Shown: positions 19,920 through 29,338, counted from the stretch's first letter. The stretch: DNA of 64,000 bases from Candidatus Aminicenantes bacterium (GCA_016927475.1 JAFGMO010000012.1:120875-184874), one strand, 5' to 3'. The notes: a model not told the origin generated them from the sequence alone. Translations and numbers: made by a program.

Positions 19920-20594
19920 TCAATAAGGGTTTTCACGTTTTAATCTTCTTGGTTTCAGGGTTGTGCATTCAGCGGGACAGGTCGTAACGCAAAGCCCGCA
20001 CCCGGCGCACAGGGCGGCATTAAATACCAATCGGCTGTTTTTGAAATGACGCGCATCAAAAAGGCATCTTTCCGCACAGGCTCCGCAGTGGATGCAGGCT
20101 TGAATATTTGTTTCCGCTACATAATCAGATTTGACCATCAAATCCCGACGCTGATATTGTTTTACGATTTGAAATTCATGGCAGCAGCAGGCACAACAAC
20201 TGCAGACGGCATAGACTTTTTTGTCGGGCATATAAAGGCAAAGATGAACAAGGCCGTTTTCGTTGGCTTTTCGAAGAACATCATCCGTTTCTTTCTTAGT
20301 TATATGGCGGGCCAGACCTTTTTCAACAAATTTATCTCCGGCTTTATCCAGGAGAAAACACACCTCTAAAGGTTTATCGCAACGCTTGTAATAGGCACGG
20401 CATTCACATTCCGTCAGTGCTATGGATCGTGCTTTCCGGAGTAATTCCTTGACCTGTTCTGAAGGCATAACCCACTGCTTTGAAAAAAAAGCCTCAGCTA
20501 TGGGGACAATTTTCGAGGAATATAAAATTTTTCCTTGGCCAATCCATCGATCATATTGGATAAGCCGTTTTTTTAGGAAAGGGTCATTTTTCAT
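19920..20594 (-). CDS. 4Fe-4S dicluster (ferredoxin-type) domain protein
   Basis: C-terminal CIHCGACAERC and CAGCGLCVTTCP motifs, plus an additional Cys-rich region (CSCCACCCH). Confidence 0.6.
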   Translation of the reverse strand: MKNDPFLKKRLIQYDRWIGQGKILYSSKIVPIAEAFFSKQWVMPSEQVKELLRKARSIALTECECRAYYKRCDKPLEVCFLLDKAGDKFVEKGLARHITKKETDDVLRKANENGLVHLCLYMPDKKVYAVCSCCACCCHEFQIVKQYQRRDLMVKSDYVAETNIQACIHCGACAERCLFDARHFKNSRLVFNAALCAGCGLCVTTCPAECTTLKPRRLKRENPY

Positions 20595-20974
20595 TTGATC
20601 GTTTGTTTGGTCTCAGATTCATGGGTGCTGGTATCTATGAAAAAATCATATGCATCATAGGTGTTCTTAAAACGTTTAAATTTTTTGTGGCTAGGACTCA
20701 GTTTGGCTGCTTTTTTTTTCAATCTTTTCGATACGGCTTCACTTTTGAATTCCCGAAGGGCAAGGGATTGCCACTCCCAGTCTCTTATCTCCCAGCATAC
20801 CGAATTCGGTCATGCTTTCAAGCCGGTCGGAACGGGCTTTGGATTCCAATTGATTTATTATATTGCTTAGTGAAGCCATGACTCTGTTATATTGTAGATG
20901 ATTTTGATCCTCGAAGTCGAAAAAAACATTTCGCTTGGTTTTAAAGACAAGGTTTTATGAAAGAACGGGAGTAA

Positions 20975-21051
20975 TGGTCGGGACGGGCGGATTTGAACCG
21001 CCGACCCCACGCACCCCAAGCGTGTGCGCTACCAGGCTGCGCCACGTCCCG
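20975..21051 (-). tRNA. tRNA-Pro (anticodon GGG)
   Basis: The reverse complement folds as a cloverleaf. The acceptor stem is CGGGACG/CGTCCCG, the D-arm GCGC-AGCCTGGTA-GCGC, the anticodon stem-loop CACGC-TTGGGGT-GCGTG, and the T-arm GGCGG-TTCAAAT-CCGCC, followed by discriminator A and CCA. Confidence 0.85.
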
Positions 21052-21096
21052 ACTGAAAGAAATTCATTATAACAAAAAACATCTCAGGAACGAAAA

Positions 21097-21459
21097 TCAT
21101 TTTTTCTCGTCTTCTCCGATCAAATCCGCGATTTCTTGAAGTCCTTCCCGGATAAGGCCGATGGCTTTCTTCAAGCGGTCGGGATGGATGGATGCAGGAG
21201 TAACAAATCCGAATTCTTCCTCGATGCGGCGCTTTGCTCCGGCTAGGGTGAGGTTCTGATTTTCTAAAAGTTCTTTGAGACGAGTAATAATCTCCAGGTC
21301 TTTTTTGCGGAAGATTCTATCTCCCCCCGCCGTCCGTCCGGCCTGGATGAAATAAAACTCTTTCTCCCAGGCCGAGATAACATCAGGTTTGACTTTTGTG
21401 ATCCGGCTGGCTTCCGCCAGTTTGTAGACAAGCTTGTCTGGAATTTTCGGTTTTTCCAT
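21097..21459 (-). CDS. MerR-family transcriptional regulator
   Basis: N-terminal HTH resembling MerR (KLAEASRITKVKPDVISAWEKEF...GGDRIF) and a C-terminal coiled-coil dimerisation helix. Confidence 0.6.
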   Translation of the reverse strand: MEKPKIPDKLVYKLAEASRITKVKPDVISAWEKEFYFIQAGRTAGGDRIFRKKDLEIITRLKELLENQNLTLAGAKRRIEEEFGFVTPASIHPDRLKKAIGLIREGLQEIADLIGEDEKK

Positions 21460-21528
21460 CTATGTATTTCGTTTTCCCCTTCCGAGGAAGATAAAGTCTT
21501 ACAAAAACGAATCCATAACCATAACTAC

Positions 21529-21784
21529 CCTGCATTATTCATAAACTTGGTCGACACCAACAGATAATTTCAATATTATGTGTCGTTTAAAAGAATTTTC
21601 TGGCAATGCTGATAAAGAATCATTTTCCATGATCGTTTATAAGAAAATGTCAGCCAAGTTTACCTTTCAGGCGAGCCGATCTTACCGCATCTGCTTTGTT
21701 GCAGCCTGTTCGCGGTGCCGAGCACAGCTTCACAGGCTGACGCCTCACAGCTGCGGCAAGCTTGGCTCGTGAATAAAGCAGGTT
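21529..21784 (+). mobile_element. MITE-like repeat, copy C (full length, 256 bp)
   Basis: Termini are cctgcattattcataaa...ctcgtgaataaagcagg (imperfect ~14-bp TIRs). It is ~85% identical to copy D and has no coding capacity beyond spurious ORFs. Confidence 0.8.
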
Positions 21785-21862
21785 AGCATGGAAACAGAGG
21801 AGCGTCAAGATTAACTCCGATAAAAGGGCGGTTGCCGCACTTTAGCCTCTTGATTTTTAAGC

Positions 21863-22204
21863 CTATTTTTTTGGTTTGACCACTGAATCCTTGTCGTTAT
21901 CTTTCTTTTCTTTCTGGTTGTTTTTCCAATTATTGATGTCCCGGCTGATATCGTTTATAAGAGGTTTGACCGATTCGCCCCATTCCTTGATTTTTTTGGC
22001 CAGGTTTTCGAATGGAGGCTTAAGGGTATCCCCCAATTCCTCCAGCTTATCGCCCAGGCGGGCAAGGGACGGTTCGATAGCGTCATTAAATTCCTGTATT
22101 TTTGATTCGGCTTTTTTTAGGTGGGGTTTCATCTCTTCGCCGATCTCTTTCAACCGGTTTCCAATCTCCGAAAAAACATCGTTGTTTTTACCGTTTTTTG
22201 TCAT
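21863..22204 (-). CDS. hypothetical protein with apolipoprotein/LEA-like 11-mer amphipathic repeats
   Basis: Repeating units such as LKEIGEEMKPHL / LEELGDTLKPPF / IKEWGESVKPLI. No signal peptide and a Lys-rich tail. Confidence 0.4.
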   Translation of the reverse strand: MTKNGKNNDVFSEIGNRLKEIGEEMKPHLKKAESKIQEFNDAIEPSLARLGDKLEELGDTLKPPFENLAKKIKEWGESVKPLINDISRDINNWKNNQKEKKDNDKDSVVKPKK

Positions 22205-22300
22205 ATTTATTTCCTTTTATCAGGAATTATAACACACTTATAGGCCGTAGGTTTATAAGCCGGCGCGAAGTCTGGTATAATTCCAGGGCGGTAATCCACT

Positions 22301-23608
22301 TTGCAAGAAAAAAAAGAACGGAAGCACATTCCCCTGGCTGAGAGAATGCGGCCTAAAAATTTGGACCAATTCTACGGCCAGGATCATCTGATCGGGGAAG
22401 GGAAGATTCTATCCCGGCTCGTCGACTCAAAAAGATTGGTTTCTCTTATTTTTTGGGGTCCTCCCGGCTCGGGAAAGACGACCCTGGGTTTTATCCTGGC
22501 TGATCTTTTTGATTTTCCCTGCCTTTTTTTCAGCGCTGTTCTGTCCGGAATCAAGGAGATTAAGGAAGTTATGGCCAATGCCGAGGAGCACCGGAAATTG
22601 TATGGAGTTCCCAGTGTCATTTTTATTGATGAAATCCACCGTTTCAACAAAGCCCAGCAGGCGGCCTTTCTTCCCTACGTCGAAAAAGGAGATATTATTC
22701 TCTTCGGATCCACCACTGAGAATCCTTCCTTTGAAGTCATCGCCCCCCTTCTTTCCAGAACCCGTGTTTTAACACTTAATCCTCTTTCCCATGAAGTGCT
22801 TGCCAGAATTATCAATGAGGCCTTGAACGATCAAAAAAACGGATTGGGACAGTTGCGCCTGAAACTTGATAAAAAAGCCCTGGAGATAATGATCGATTAT
22901 GCCAACGGCGATGCCCGGCGGGCGCTGAATACATTGGAAATCGCTTCCCACTTGGCTTCACAGGGAAAAATATTGCCGGACACGGTAAAGGAGGCGCTGC
23001 AGCAGCGGGTGCTGCTGTACGACAAAGGGGGAGAGGAACACTTTAATCTTATTTCCGCCCTGCACAAGAGTATCCGCAACAGCGATGTGGATGCTTCGCT
23101 TTACTGGCTGGCCCGAATGATTAAGGGAGGGGAGGACCCGCTTTATATCGCCCGGCGGCTGGTTCGTATGGCCTCCGAGGATATCGGATTGGCTGATCCT
23201 CAGGCCCTGACCCTTTGCCTAAGTGCCAAAGAAGCCTATGAGTTTTTGGGAGCACCTGAAGGGGAGCTGGCCCTGGCCGAAGCCGTCATATATCTGGCGG
23301 CGGCGCCCAAAAGCAACCGTGTTTATGCCGCTGTTGAAAAGGTGATGAAGGATGTTGAGGCTTCGCCCTTTGAGCCGGTTCCCCTGCAGCTGAGGAATCC
23401 GACAACCCGTTTGATGAAAGACAAGGGTTATGGAAAAGGTTATGCCTACGCTCATGACTTCGAGGAAGTGACCACGGACATGGAGACTCTTCCGGAAAAG
23501 CTCAGGGGAAGAACTTATTATACGCCCGGCAGGTTGGGATTTGAAAAAGAGATGCAGAAACGTTTGGATTGGTGGAAAAGCCTTAAAGACAAATTGAAAA
23601 AGTTTTAA
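22301..23608 (+). CDS. rarA: replication-associated recombination protein A (AAA+ ATPase)
   Basis: Walker A GPPGSGKTT, the RarA/MgsA AAA+ domain and the C-terminal MgsA domain. Confidence 0.9.
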   Translation: MQEKKERKHIPLAERMRPKNLDQFYGQDHLIGEGKILSRLVDSKRLVSLIFWGPPGSGKTTLGFILADLFDFPCLFFSAVLSGIKEIKEVMANAEEHRKLYGVPSVIFIDEIHRFNKAQQAAFLPYVEKGDIILFGSTTENPSFEVIAPLLSRTRVLTLNPLSHEVLARIINEALNDQKNGLGQLRLKLDKKALEIMIDYANGDARRALNTLEIASHLASQGKILPDTVKEALQQRVLLYDKGGEEHFNLISALHKSIRNSDVDASLYWLARMIKGGEDPLYIARRLVRMASEDIGLADPQALTLCLSAKEAYEFLGAPEGELALAEAVIYLAAAPKSNRVYAAVEKVMKDVEASPFEPVPLQLRNPTTRLMKDKGYGKGYAYAHDFEEVTTDMETLPEKLRGRTYYTPGRLGFEKEMQKRLDWWKSLKDKLKKF

Positions 23609-23619
23609 TACAAACGCCG

Positions 23620-23796
23620 TTATTTTTTCTTTTCGTCCCTCTCCTTGAGAAGGTAGTAGATTTCCCAACTGAGGTCATCCACAACGCATCCCACGCAGGA
23701 ATGTTCCGTCGTAGCCAGTTCTCCTTCATCGATTTTTTCTTTGATAATGCTTTTAATGCATTTGCGGATCTTATAAAGAAGAATATAATTAACCAT
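23620..23796 (-). CDS. small hypothetical protein (58 aa)
   Basis: An unannotated minus-strand ORF (MVNYILLYKIRKCIKSIIKEKIDEGELATTEHSCVGCVVDDLSWEIYYLLKERDEKKK) between rarA and the PQQ gene. It has only a weak RBS. Confidence 0.25.
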   Translation of the reverse strand: MVNYILLYKIRKCIKSIIKEKIDEGELATTEHSCVGCVVDDLSWEIYYLLKERDEKKK

Positions 23797-23889
23797 TGTT
23801 CTTATCCTATGGATGGTAGCAGTTTAACTTGGGGATGTAAAGATTGAGGAGGGGGGGCAATTTTGCTATGATAACCCCTGCTTGTCGTC

Positions 23890-25797
23890 ATGAAAAAAAT
23901 TATTTTTGTCTGGTTTTTCGCAGGATTGATGGTTTGCTGTGCCCTGATCAAGCCATCTCCAGCTCCTTATCCGACGGGGATTATTTTTCCGCTGGAGACG
24001 GAGGGAAAAATCGATTTTCAAGGAGAGATCGACCGTTCCCTTCTTAGAGTGGGGGACAGGCTCTTTTTCACAACGTGGGACGGCTTCCTCTATTGTGCGG
24101 ACGGCCGAAACCGGACCATATTTTGGAAGAAAAAACCACCCGACACCTTATCCCGGCCCGCTTACGCTTCACAAGCGAGGGTCTATGTGTGTGGTGATAA
24201 GTTTCTTTATGTCTTTGATCTAGCAGGGAAGCGTCTCTGGCATTTGAGGCTTCCTGCACCGTTGTCCTCCGGAATCCGGGAAAACGACGGAAAAGTATTT
24301 TTTGGTACGGAAAACGGAGAAATGATCGCCTGTGATGCAGGTGAAGGTACGCTTGTTTGGCGGTTTCAGGCCGGGCGGGCTTGCCGGTCGAATCCTGTTC
24401 CCATGTCTAATATGATTGTCTTTGGATGTGAAGACCATAGGCTGTATTTCCTCGATTCGACAAATGGCCGCTTGGTTGACACTTACCTTGCTGGGGGAGC
24501 CATCGAGGCCGAACCTTGTGTCTCCGGGGACAATATATATTTTGGATCGGATGACGGCCTGTTTACCTGTGTGAATATGAAAAAAAAGCAAAAAATATGG
24601 GAGGTGAAGACCGGAAGTTCAGTTATCGTTCCACCGGTTGTTTGGGGAAAGAGACTTCTTTTCCTCTCCTGGAGCAGTATTCTTTTTTGTGTCAATAAAA
24701 ACAGTGGGATTATTCTCTGGTGGCGGAATATCCCTGCCCGCAGCCCCTACCGTATGGAGATCATAAAAGACCGTATCGTCCTTTCCTCGATTTCCAACCA
24801 GATTATTGCTTTCGATATAAAATCGGGAGTGCAGGTGGGAACCTATGAAGCTGAATACAACGTTAAAGCCAATCCTCTCTGGATGGATCCCTTTCTGCTC
24901 TTGGGTTTTTATGATGAGCAGAATGAAAGAGGCAAAATTCTTTATTTGAAAAAAGAAGTTAAAGCCTTTCTGGCGGCATCAAAAATATCTCCTCAAAATA
25001 AAGATACGGAAATTATCTTTACGGCTTCAACCCACGGTTTTTTTAAACCCGAGTTTGAATTTTACCTGACCTTCGAAGGTCATAAGGAGATAGTCCTGGA
25101 ACGGTCGGAGGAAAGAACGTGGACATGGTATCCTTCCCAAGAGGGAAAATTTTTAGTTTCCGTTAAGGTTTTCGATCAGAAACAAACAGCGGATGCTGAA
25201 GTTCCTTTCGTTATCGGCGTGGCCAAAAAGAGTGAAAAAAAGGAGGTAATAATGCAAAGGGATGAAGCGTTAGCCTTGGTGAAAGAACACCTGAAAAATA
25301 AAAATCTTATCAAACACTGTCTTGCCGTGGAAGCCTGCATGAGGGCTGTGGCTGAGCGGTTGGGAGAAGACAAGGAAAAGTGGGGATTGGCCGGTATCCT
25401 TCACGATCTGGATTATGAGGTAACAGAAAAAAGCCCGGAGCTGCATACGAAGGAAACGGTAAAAATTTTGGAAGATAAAGGAATTTCTTCTGATATAATC
25501 CACGCCATTCAGGCCCATGCCGGACAGGTTCCCTGCGAAAATCCCATGGATTGGGCTATTTATTCTATTGATCCGCTTACGGGTCTCATTATAGCCGCCA
25601 CCTTGATGCATCCCAGCAAAAAGCTTGCTGAAATGGACCTTGGGTTCATCAAAAGGCGCTATAAAGAGAAAAGTTTTGCCCGGGGAGCGGACAGGAGTAT
25701 TATCGAAGAATGCAGGAACCTGGGAATAGAGCTGGATGATTTTATCTCCATCTGTCTAAAGGCAATGCAGGACATTCATGAAGATCTGGGATTGTAA
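23890..25797 (+). CDS. lipoprotein with PQQ-like beta-propeller repeats fused to a C-terminal HD/HDIG phosphohydrolase domain
   Basis: Signal/lipobox (GLMVCCA). BamB-like repeated motifs (FGS.DG.LY..D..TG...W) cover ~450 aa. The last ~180 aa read HCLAVEACMRAVAERLG...GILHDLDY (HD domain). It is a single uninterrupted frame. Confidence 0.6.
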   Translation: MKKIIFVWFFAGLMVCCALIKPSPAPYPTGIIFPLETEGKIDFQGEIDRSLLRVGDRLFFTTWDGFLYCADGRNRTIFWKKKPPDTLSRPAYASQARVYVCGDKFLYVFDLAGKRLWHLRLPAPLSSGIRENDGKVFFGTENGEMIACDAGEGTLVWRFQAGRACRSNPVPMSNMIVFGCEDHRLYFLDSTNGRLVDTYLAGGAIEAEPCVSGDNIYFGSDDGLFTCVNMKKKQKIWEVKTGSSVIVPPVVWGKRLLFLSWSSILFCVNKNSGIILWWRNIPARSPYRMEIIKDRIVLSSISNQIIAFDIKSGVQVGTYEAEYNVKANPLWMDPFLLLGFYDEQNERGKILYLKKEVKAFLAASKISPQNKDTEIIFTASTHGFFKPEFEFYLTFEGHKEIVLERSEERTWTWYPSQEGKFLVSVKVFDQKQTADAEVPFVIGVAKKSEKKEVIMQRDEALALVKEHLKNKNLIKHCLAVEACMRAVAERLGEDKEKWGLAGILHDLDYEVTEKSPELHTKETVKILEDKGISSDIIHAIQAHAGQVPCENPMDWAIYSIDPLTGLIIAATLMHPSKKLAEMDLGFIKRRYKEKSFARGADRSIIEECRNLGIELDDFISICLKAMQDIHEDLGL

Positions 25798-25829
25798 GAA
25801 ACGGGGGGAAACTTCGGTTACTCTATTTC

Positions 25830-26085
25830 CCTGCATTATTCATAAATTTGGCCGACACCAACAGATAATCCCAATATTATGTATCATTTAATGATGATTT
25901 TCGGTAAAATTGATAATGAAACATTTTCCATGGCCGTTTTCAGTAAAATGTCGGCCAAATTTACCCTTTGGGCGAGCCGATCTTACCGCTTCTGTTTTGT
26001 TGCAGCCTGTTCGCGGTGCCGAACATAGCTTCACAGGCTGACGCCTCACATCTGCGGCAAGATTGGCTCGTGAATAATACAGGTT
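25830..26085 (+). mobile_element. MITE-like repeat, copy D (full length, 256 bp)
   Basis: Same termini and core as copy C. It lies upstream of the P5C dehydrogenase gene. Confidence 0.8.
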
Positions 26086-26160
26086 TCTTAACTGTGACGG
26101 CAGTTTTATGTATAATAGCTTTCACAATTATTCTTAATTTAAAATCGAGGAGGCGTAATA

Positions 26161-27789
26161 ATGAACGGAAGTATCAATGTCCCGAAGCCAAAAAACGAAC
26201 CTGTCCGCGGTTATTTTCCGGGCAGTCCTGAAAAGGAAACGTTAAAAAAACAGTTGAATAAAATGCTTGGCGAAGAGATTGAAATTCCCCTCATTATTGG
26301 AGGGAAAGAAATCAAAACCGGCCAGATGGCTGACTGCCGATGTCCGCATGATCACGGGCATCTCCTGGCGAAATACCATAAAGCCGGTCCAGAAGAGATC
26401 GACTTGGCCGTTAAGGAAGCTAGAAAAGCCTGGAAAGACTGGTCGGAGATGGATTGGATTTCCCGGTCCGCTATTTTTCTTCGCGCAGCTGAGCTTTTAG
26501 CATCCAAATACAGAGATGTGTTGAATGCGGCCACCATGCTGGGGCAGTCCAAGACCGTCCATCAGGCGGAGATCGATTCCGCCTGTGAATTGATCGATTT
26601 TTACAGATTTAATGTTTATTATATGCGGCAGATTTATAACGAACAGCCCGACTCGGCTCCCGGTATTTGGGATTATTTGGAATACCGCCCCCTGGAGGGA
26701 TTTGTTTTTGCTGTCACGCCCTTTAACTTTACCTCCATCGCCGGAAACCTGCCGACATCCCCGGTCATTATGGGGAATGTTTCTCTCTGGAAACCTGCTT
26801 CTTCAGCCGTTTATTCGGCTTATTTTTTGACTCAGCTCTGGAAAGAAGCCGGTTTGCCTGACGGTGTCATCAACTTTATTCCCGGGCCCGGCCGGTATGT
26901 CGGTGACCCCGTTCTCAAACAGCCTGAATTGGCGGGAGTTCATTTTACGGGAAGCACGGCCGTCTTTCAAAATATGTGGAAGACGATCGGCGGCAGTATC
27001 ATGAATTACCGCAGCTACCCGCGCATTGTCGGTGAAACGGGAGGAAAAGACTTTATCTTTGTTCATGCTTCGGCTGATGCGGAAGCCGTCGCCACGGCCT
27101 TATTAAGAGGAGCCTTTGAATATCAGGGACAAAAATGTTCGGCAGCCAGCCGGGCTTATATTCCCGACAGTCTCTGGCCGGCCGTTAAGGAAAAACTCAT
27201 TGATGATATCAAAACCGTCAAGATGGGTGATATCAACGACTTCACAAATTTCATGGGCGCCGTTATCGATAAAGCCGCTTTTACGGATATAACCAGTTAT
27301 ATTGATTATGCCAAGCAGGAAAACGATGCGGAGATTATTCAGGGGGGCAAATATGATGATTCCAAGGGTTACTTCATCGAACCCACTGTCGTCCTGACGG
27401 AGAATCCCCATTTTAAGCTTTTGGAGGAAGAAATTTTCGGGCCTGTCCTGACACTGTATATTTATCCTGAGGCGGAGTATGCCAAAACTCTGGAGCTTTG
27501 TGATGCAACATCTCCTTATGCCTTAACAGGAGCCATCATGGCCAATGACCGCACGGCAATCATTCAGGCTTATAAAGCCCTCCGTCATGCAGCCGGAAAT
27601 TTTTACATCAACGACAAGCCGACCGGAGCCGTCGTCAGCCAGCAGCCATTTGGAGGAGCACGTGGTTCCGGGACCAACGATAAGGCCGGTTCGTTCATGA
27701 ACCTTATGCGCTGGGTCAGCGCCAGGGCTGTTAAGGAAACCCTTAATCCGCCTACGGATTACCGGTACCCTTTTATGAACGAGAAATAG
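26161..27789 (+). CDS. pruA: L-glutamate gamma-semialdehyde (1-pyrroline-5-carboxylate) dehydrogenase
   Basis: ALDH superfamily with EYQGQKCSA around the catalytic Cys, typical of P5CDH/RocA. 542 aa. Confidence 0.8.
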   Translation: MNGSINVPKPKNEPVRGYFPGSPEKETLKKQLNKMLGEEIEIPLIIGGKEIKTGQMADCRCPHDHGHLLAKYHKAGPEEIDLAVKEARKAWKDWSEMDWISRSAIFLRAAELLASKYRDVLNAATMLGQSKTVHQAEIDSACELIDFYRFNVYYMRQIYNEQPDSAPGIWDYLEYRPLEGFVFAVTPFNFTSIAGNLPTSPVIMGNVSLWKPASSAVYSAYFLTQLWKEAGLPDGVINFIPGPGRYVGDPVLKQPELAGVHFTGSTAVFQNMWKTIGGSIMNYRSYPRIVGETGGKDFIFVHASADAEAVATALLRGAFEYQGQKCSAASRAYIPDSLWPAVKEKLIDDIKTVKMGDINDFTNFMGAVIDKAAFTDITSYIDYAKQENDAEIIQGGKYDDSKGYFIEPTVVLTENPHFKLLEEEIFGPVLTLYIYPEAEYAKTLELCDATSPYALTGAIMANDRTAIIQAYKALRHAAGNFYINDKPTGAVVSQQPFGGARGSGTNDKAGSFMNLMRWVSARAVKETLNPPTDYRYPFMNEK

Positions 27790-27814
27790 CATTCAGAGAA
27801 GGAGGAGGGATTTT

Positions 27815-29338
27815 ATGAAGGCCATACTGGATAAGCTTGGAATCAAGGAGATAAACGGTGGTTCCTGCGCCGGCTCGGATTTATGGTTTGATGATCCGGA
27901 AGGGCAGGAACTCGTTTCCATCAATCCCGCCTCGGGCGAACCGATTGCCAAGGTCGTTCAGGCTACGGAAAAAACCTATGAGCAGGTTGTCGACCGGGCC
28001 GTTAAAGGTTTCAAATCCTGGAGAAAATTGCCGGCCCCAAAACGGGGACTTGTCGTTCGGGATTTGGGTTTGGCCTTGAGGGAAAAGAAAGAACCTCTGG
28101 GGGAACTGGTTACCCTGGAGATGGGAAAAATCCGCGACGAGGGAGTGGGTGAAGTCCAGGAAATGATCGATATCTGTGATTTTGCCGTGGGACTGTCGCG
28201 TCAGCTATACGGTCTATCCATGCATTCCGAAAGGCCGTCGCACAGGATGTACGAACAATGGCATCCTTTAGGGATTGTGGGTGTTATTACCGCCTTTAAT
28301 TTTCCGGTAGCCGTCTGGTCTTGGAATGCCGCCATTGCCGCCGTATGCGGTGACTCGGTTATCTGGAAACCCTCGTCTGATACACCACTGACCGCAGTCG
28401 CTGTTCAGAATATTGCCAACCGTGTTATGGCCGACCATGGCCTGGAAGGTGTTTTTAATCTTCTTATCGGAAGAGGTTCTGTTGTTGGAGAGAGAATGAT
28501 CAATGATGATAAGATTCCTCTCATCTCTTTTACGGGATCGACCAGGATGGGAAGGAGGGTGTCCGAGGCCGTCGCGCGGCGTTTCGGCCGGACGATTCTT
28601 GAGTTGGGCGGCAACAACGCCGTTATTGTTACCGGCAATGCCGACCTTGATATGGCCGCCAGGACGATCCTTTTCGGAGCCGTTGGAACAGCCGGTCAGC
28701 GTTGTACATCAACCCGGCGGATTATCATGCACAAATCCATCGCCGAAAATCTAACTCAAAAAATATTGAATGCCTACAAGCAGGTCCGGATCGGGGATCC
28801 CATGGAAGATGGAATCCTCATGGGGCCTTTGGTCAACAAAAGTGCCCTTGAGGATATGATGGCCGCTCTGGAAAAGGTAAAAGAACAAGGCGGCGACATC
28901 ATATACGGAGGCAACCGTATTGCCGACAAGGGGGAGAGGTTCGTAGAGCCGACCATCGTCAAGATGCCGGCTCAAACGGCCATCGTTCATGATGAAACAT
29001 TTGCTCCCATCCTTTACCTCATAGAATATGAAAACTTGGAGGAAGCGGTTGCCCTTCACAATGAAGTTCCACAGGGATTGTCGAGTGCCATGTTTACCCA
29101 AAATCTGCTGGAAGCGGAAACATTTCTTTCCTGCGAAGGATCGGACTGCGGTATTGCCAACATAAACATTGGAACATCAGGAGCGGAGATCGGCGGAGCT
29201 TTCGGCGGAGAGAAAGAGACCGGCGGGGGACGGGAGTCCGGATCGGACGCCTGGAAAAGCTATATGCGCCGGCAAACCAACACCATAAACTGGTCTAGGG
29301 AACTTCCGCTTGCTCAGGGCATCAAATTCGGAGATTAA
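27815..29338 (+). CDS. aldehyde dehydrogenase, ALDH7/antiquitin family (putative piperideine-6-carboxylate / alpha-aminoadipic semialdehyde dehydrogenase)
   Basis: N-terminal MKAILDKLGI...NGG signature of the ALDH7 family, ELGGNN and a catalytic Cys (GQRCTS). Confidence 0.75.
   Translation: MKAILDKLGIKEINGGSCAGSDLWFDDPEGQELVSINPASGEPIAKVVQATEKTYEQVVDRAVKGFKSWRKLPAPKRGLVVRDLGLALREKKEPLGELVTLEMGKIRDEGVGEVQEMIDICDFAVGLSRQLYGLSMHSERPSHRMYEQWHPLGIVGVITAFNFPVAVWSWNAAIAAVCGDSVIWKPSSDTPLTAVAVQNIANRVMADHGLEGVFNLLIGRGSVVGERMINDDKIPLISFTGSTRMGRRVSEAVARRFGRTILELGGNNAVIVTGNADLDMAARTILFGAVGTAGQRCTSTRRIIMHKSIAENLTQKILNAYKQVRIGDPMEDGILMGPLVNKSALEDMMAALEKVKEQGGDIIYGGNRIADKGERFVEPTIVKMPAQTAIVHDETFAPILYLIEYENLEEAVALHNEVPQGLSSAMFTQNLLEAETFLSCEGSDCGIANINIGTSGAEIGGAFGGEKETGGGRESGSDAWKSYMRRQTNTINWSRELPLAQGIKFGD

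Noticed and set aside
20603-20881. 92-aa plus-strand ORF in the gap upstream of tRNA-Pro
   Set aside because: It is hydrophobic and Phe-rich with no RBS or motif. The region is more likely non-coding promoter or leader sequence (see the finding on the small minus-strand ORF there).
21529-26085. Idea that the ~256-bp repeat is a riboswitch, leader or attenuator
   Set aside because: Copies occur on both strands, upstream and downstream of functionally unrelated genes (rpe, merR-like, P5CDH, OMP). They carry terminal inverted repeats and minimal two-terminus derivatives exist. All of this fits a mobile element rather than a cis-regulatory RNA.
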